Shown here piece after piece: positions 61,001 to 64,000 of a stretch of DNA of 64,000 nt. Location: contig NW_026779444.1 of NCBI RefSeq assembly GCF_030144855.1, positions 1 to 64,000 on the forward strand, written 5' to 3'. A model generated the notes under the pieces. That model was given only the letters and a program-made list of their open reading frames with translations. It was not told the origin of the DNA and made no database searches. Positions within the stretch are counted from its first letter, which is position 1; the number at the start of each line of letters is the position of its first letter. The DNA is from Hypanus sabinus (taxonomy: Eukaryota). A program made the position numbers and the translations under genes.

Positions 61001-62339
61001 TATTGGGGGTAGGGTACTCACATGGATATAAAATTGGTTGGCAGAAAGGAAACAAAGAGTAGGGATTAACGGGTCCCTTTCAGAATGGCAGGCAGTGACT
61101 AGTGGGGTACCGCAAGGCTCGGTGCTGGGACCGCAGCTATTTACAATATACGTTAATGATTTAGATGAAGGGATTAAAAGTAACATTAGCAAATTTGCAG
61201 ATGGCACAAAGCTGGGTAGTAGTGTGAAATATGAGGAGGATCTTAGGAGAATGCAGGGTGACTTGGACAGGTTGGGTGAGTGGGCAGATGCATGGCAGAT
61301 GCAGTTTAGTGTGGATAAATGTGCACTTATCCACTTTGGTGGCAAGAACAGGAAGGCAGATTACTATCTGAATGGTGTCAAGTTAGGAAAAGGAGAAGTA
61401 CATTGAGATCTAGGTGTCCTTGTTCATCAGTCAGTGAAAGTAAGCATGAAGGTACAGCAGGCATTTAAGAAAGTTAATGGCATGGTGGCCTTCATAACAA
61501 GGGGAGTTGAGTAAAGGAGCAAAGAGGACCTTCTGCAGTTGTACAGGGCCCTGGTGAGACACCACCTGGAGTAATGTCCTTGAGGAAGGACATTCCTGCT
61601 ATTGAGGGAGTGCAGCGTTGGTTCACGAGGTTAATTCCCGGGATGGCGGGACTGTCATATGTTGAAAGATTGGAGTGACTGGGCTAGTATACACTGGAAT
61701 TTAGAAGGATGAGAGGGGATTTGATTGAAATATATAAGATTATTAAGGGACACACACAAAATGCTTGTGGAACACAGCAGGCCAGGCAGCATCTATAAAG
61801 AGAAGCACTGTCAACATTTCAGGCCGAGACCCTTCATCAGGCAAAGGGACCTGATGGAGGGTCTCGACCTGATGGAGGGTCTCGCCCCGAAACATCGACA
61901 GTGCTTCTCCCTATAGATGCTGCCTGGCCTGCTGTGTTCCACCAGCATTTTGTGTGTGTTGTTTGAATTTCCAGCATCTACAGATTTCCTCGTGTTTGGA
62001 GCTTATTTACTGATTGGACACATTAGAGGCAGGAAGCAGGTTCCCGAGATTGGGGGAGTCCAGAACCAGAGGCCAAGGTTTAAGAATAAGGGGTAGGCCA
62101 TTTAGAACAGAGTTGAGGAAAAACTTTTTCACCCAGAGAGTTGTGGAACTATGGAATTCTCTGGATGCTTTCAAGAAAGAGTTAGATAGAGGTCTTAAAG
62201 ATAGCGGAGTCAAGGGATATGGGAAGAAGGCTGGAACGGGGTACTGATTGTGGATGATCAGCCATGATCACATTGAATGGCAGTGCTGGCTCAAAAGGCA
62301 GAATGGCCTACTCCTGCACCTATTGCCTATTGTCTATTG
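58051..62339 (+). mobile_element. Apparently full-length, degenerate CR1 LINE
   Basis: 5'UTR; ORF1 from ATG 58164 (CDAC...CGKC zinc finger, frameshift, SGNH esterase VHVGTNDIG, DGLHLN, ending 59074); frameshifted ORF2; 3'UTR; (ctattg) tail. Confidence 0.95.
61751..62002. mobile_element. Palindromic Penelope-terminus-derived insert with two inverted hammerhead-like arms
   Basis: 61752-61841 is the near-perfect reverse complement of 61868-61958; interrupts CR1 at attaaggga/ttggacac. Confidence 0.8.
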
Positions 62340-63715
62340 ATATTGTCCTGGTCCAGCTTGTCTCTCACTAAGTGAACACTGGGGGGCAGCACTGAGCAAA
62401 AGTGGAAGGCAGCGCCGATGGGAGGGGCCTGTCCCCAACCCACGACGGACTCCAGCACGTCCACAGAGGCCTCTGCTCTCTCCCACACCATCTCGGCATC
62501 TTCTGCAGTGTTCAGGGATGGGTCAGAACCTCCAGCACCCATTGTATTCTGTGTCCAGACTCCGGGGATGAATGTTATATCGGCCACTCCCAGCCTCAGC
62601 TGGTGATGAGTTCCATTTCCCCACCACATCTCCATTTCAGACGGTCCCTCACACAGGGTGGCCCCCAGACCTTCAACGGGCCCCCTGGTGGGGCCTTGCC
62701 TGAGCCTGGGAGGAATGAGTGGAGTTCTAACGGAGGATCAGGAAGCTTCCCAGAGAAGACACACACTCAACATTTCAGGAAGAGCTTCTTCCTTTCTGTC
62801 GTCGGATTTCTGAATGGACAATCAGAAAAGTGAGGACCAGCTCACTCTTTTCCCTATTTTTCCCTCTTTTGTGCTACTTATTTAACTTAAAATTTATACA
62901 TGTAGGTATATATTTCTTATTGAAATTTACAGTTTTTAATTAATATGTATTGCAATGTATAACAGGGTGTCAGGGTGAAGATACGTCTTTACCAAAGGAG
63001 GTTTAAGACACTCCTTCCCTCCACTAGTCTTCACTTTACCCTTGGGCGAGGTGTAGCCCCTGCTTAGACCCCTGATCAGGTTCATGTGAATCCATGGGAT
63101 CAGGTGGTGGATGGTGTAACAAGCAGCTGGTGCAGATCACAAATTCTGGTTATGCGACCACTGACACCAGGCAGACAATCTCTGAAGAGTATTGATAATG
63201 GCTGTGCTCTGTCCTGTACAGACACTGCTCAGAAGAAGGTGATGGAAACCATCTCTGTAGAAAAATTGCCAAGAACAATCATAGCCATAAACAGGAGAAA
63301 ATCTGCCATTGCTGGAAATCCAGAGCAACACACACAAAATACTGGAGAAACTCAGCAGGTCAGGCAGCGTCTGTGGGGAAAGGATCAAAGGTTCATTTTA
63401 TTGTCAAAGTCTACACGTAGAATACAACTCTGATATTCATCTTCTCCAGATAACCATGATATCCAGATAAACCATGGGATTCATTACAAGAAAAGACGTC
63501 AATACTCCCACACGAAAAGGAAAAAGAAAAATCTCGCAAACCTCAAACCCCCCCACCTCCCTCCCTCGCACAAAAGCCAACAGATCACCCACATGGAAGA
63601 CGATCGACAGAAGATCGAAAGCCTCAAGCCCCCAACCCACTCACTCTCAAAAAATACAGTGCTGACAGCACCAAACCCAACACCCTCTCCCCACACAGAT
63701 CACCCACACAGAACA
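62340..63715 (+). repeat. Continuation of the V2 duplication (paralogous to 54802-56180)
   Basis: Collinear from gatattgtcctggtccagc to cacacagatcacccacacagaa. Confidence 0.9.
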
Positions 63716-64000
63716 GTAAACTCAGCTCCATCTACCTGACTTTTCCCCATAACCCTTAATTCCCTTACTATGGAATAACCTATCTAACTGTTTCTTAAGT
63801 ATATTTAGTGAAGAAGCCTCAACTGCTTCCCTGGGCAGAGAATTCCTCAGGTTCATCACTCTCTGGGAAAAACAGTTTCTCCTCATCCCCATCCTAAATC
63901 TTCTTCCCGAATGTTGAGGCAATGCCCCCTAGTTCTAGTCTCACCTACCAATGGAAACAACTTTCCTACTTCTATCTTATCTTTCCCTTTCAAAATTTTG
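63716..64000 (-). mobile_element. CR1 3' fragment running off the window end
   Basis: Minus ORF RNCFSQRVMNLRNSLPREAVEA...GYGEKSGRWS. Confidence 0.85.

Overview
Vertebrate genomic DNA dominated by repeats. The repeat families (CR1/HER1-type LINEs with microsatellite tails, Penelope-like elements with 'acacacaaaatgctgg' termini, V-SINEs, Rex1/Babar) suggest a cartilaginous fish, probably a ray (inference). The only clear host coding sequences are three + strand, phase 1-1 Ig V-set exons. V1 (46161-46544) is SIGLEC15-like and keeps the sialic-acid-binding Arg and the extra Cys pair. V2a (54035-54424) and V2b (57443-57823) are tandem duplicates that lack the Arg. Their differences are almost all amino-acid changing and cluster in the C-C'-C'' region and a long F-G loop, while the framework and the adjacent downstream intron are nearly identical. 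This points to a non-rearranging, multi-V, loop-diversifying Siglec-15-like receptor. No leader, C2, TM or tail exon was identified with confidence. Other structures: a class I (gamma/epsilon-like) ERV gag remnant split by a CR1 and embedded in a 52-bp satellite (3.1-9.4 kb); a four-copy composite macro-repeat with 31-bp satellite spacers and nested LTR elements (10.4-22.2 kb); a near-complete Penelope element and palindromic Penelope-derived repeats with hammerhead ribozyme cores; and a full-length CR1 that removed 145 bp of target DNA. TE fragment boundaries are approximate unless TSDs or termini are quoted. All alignments were done by eye.
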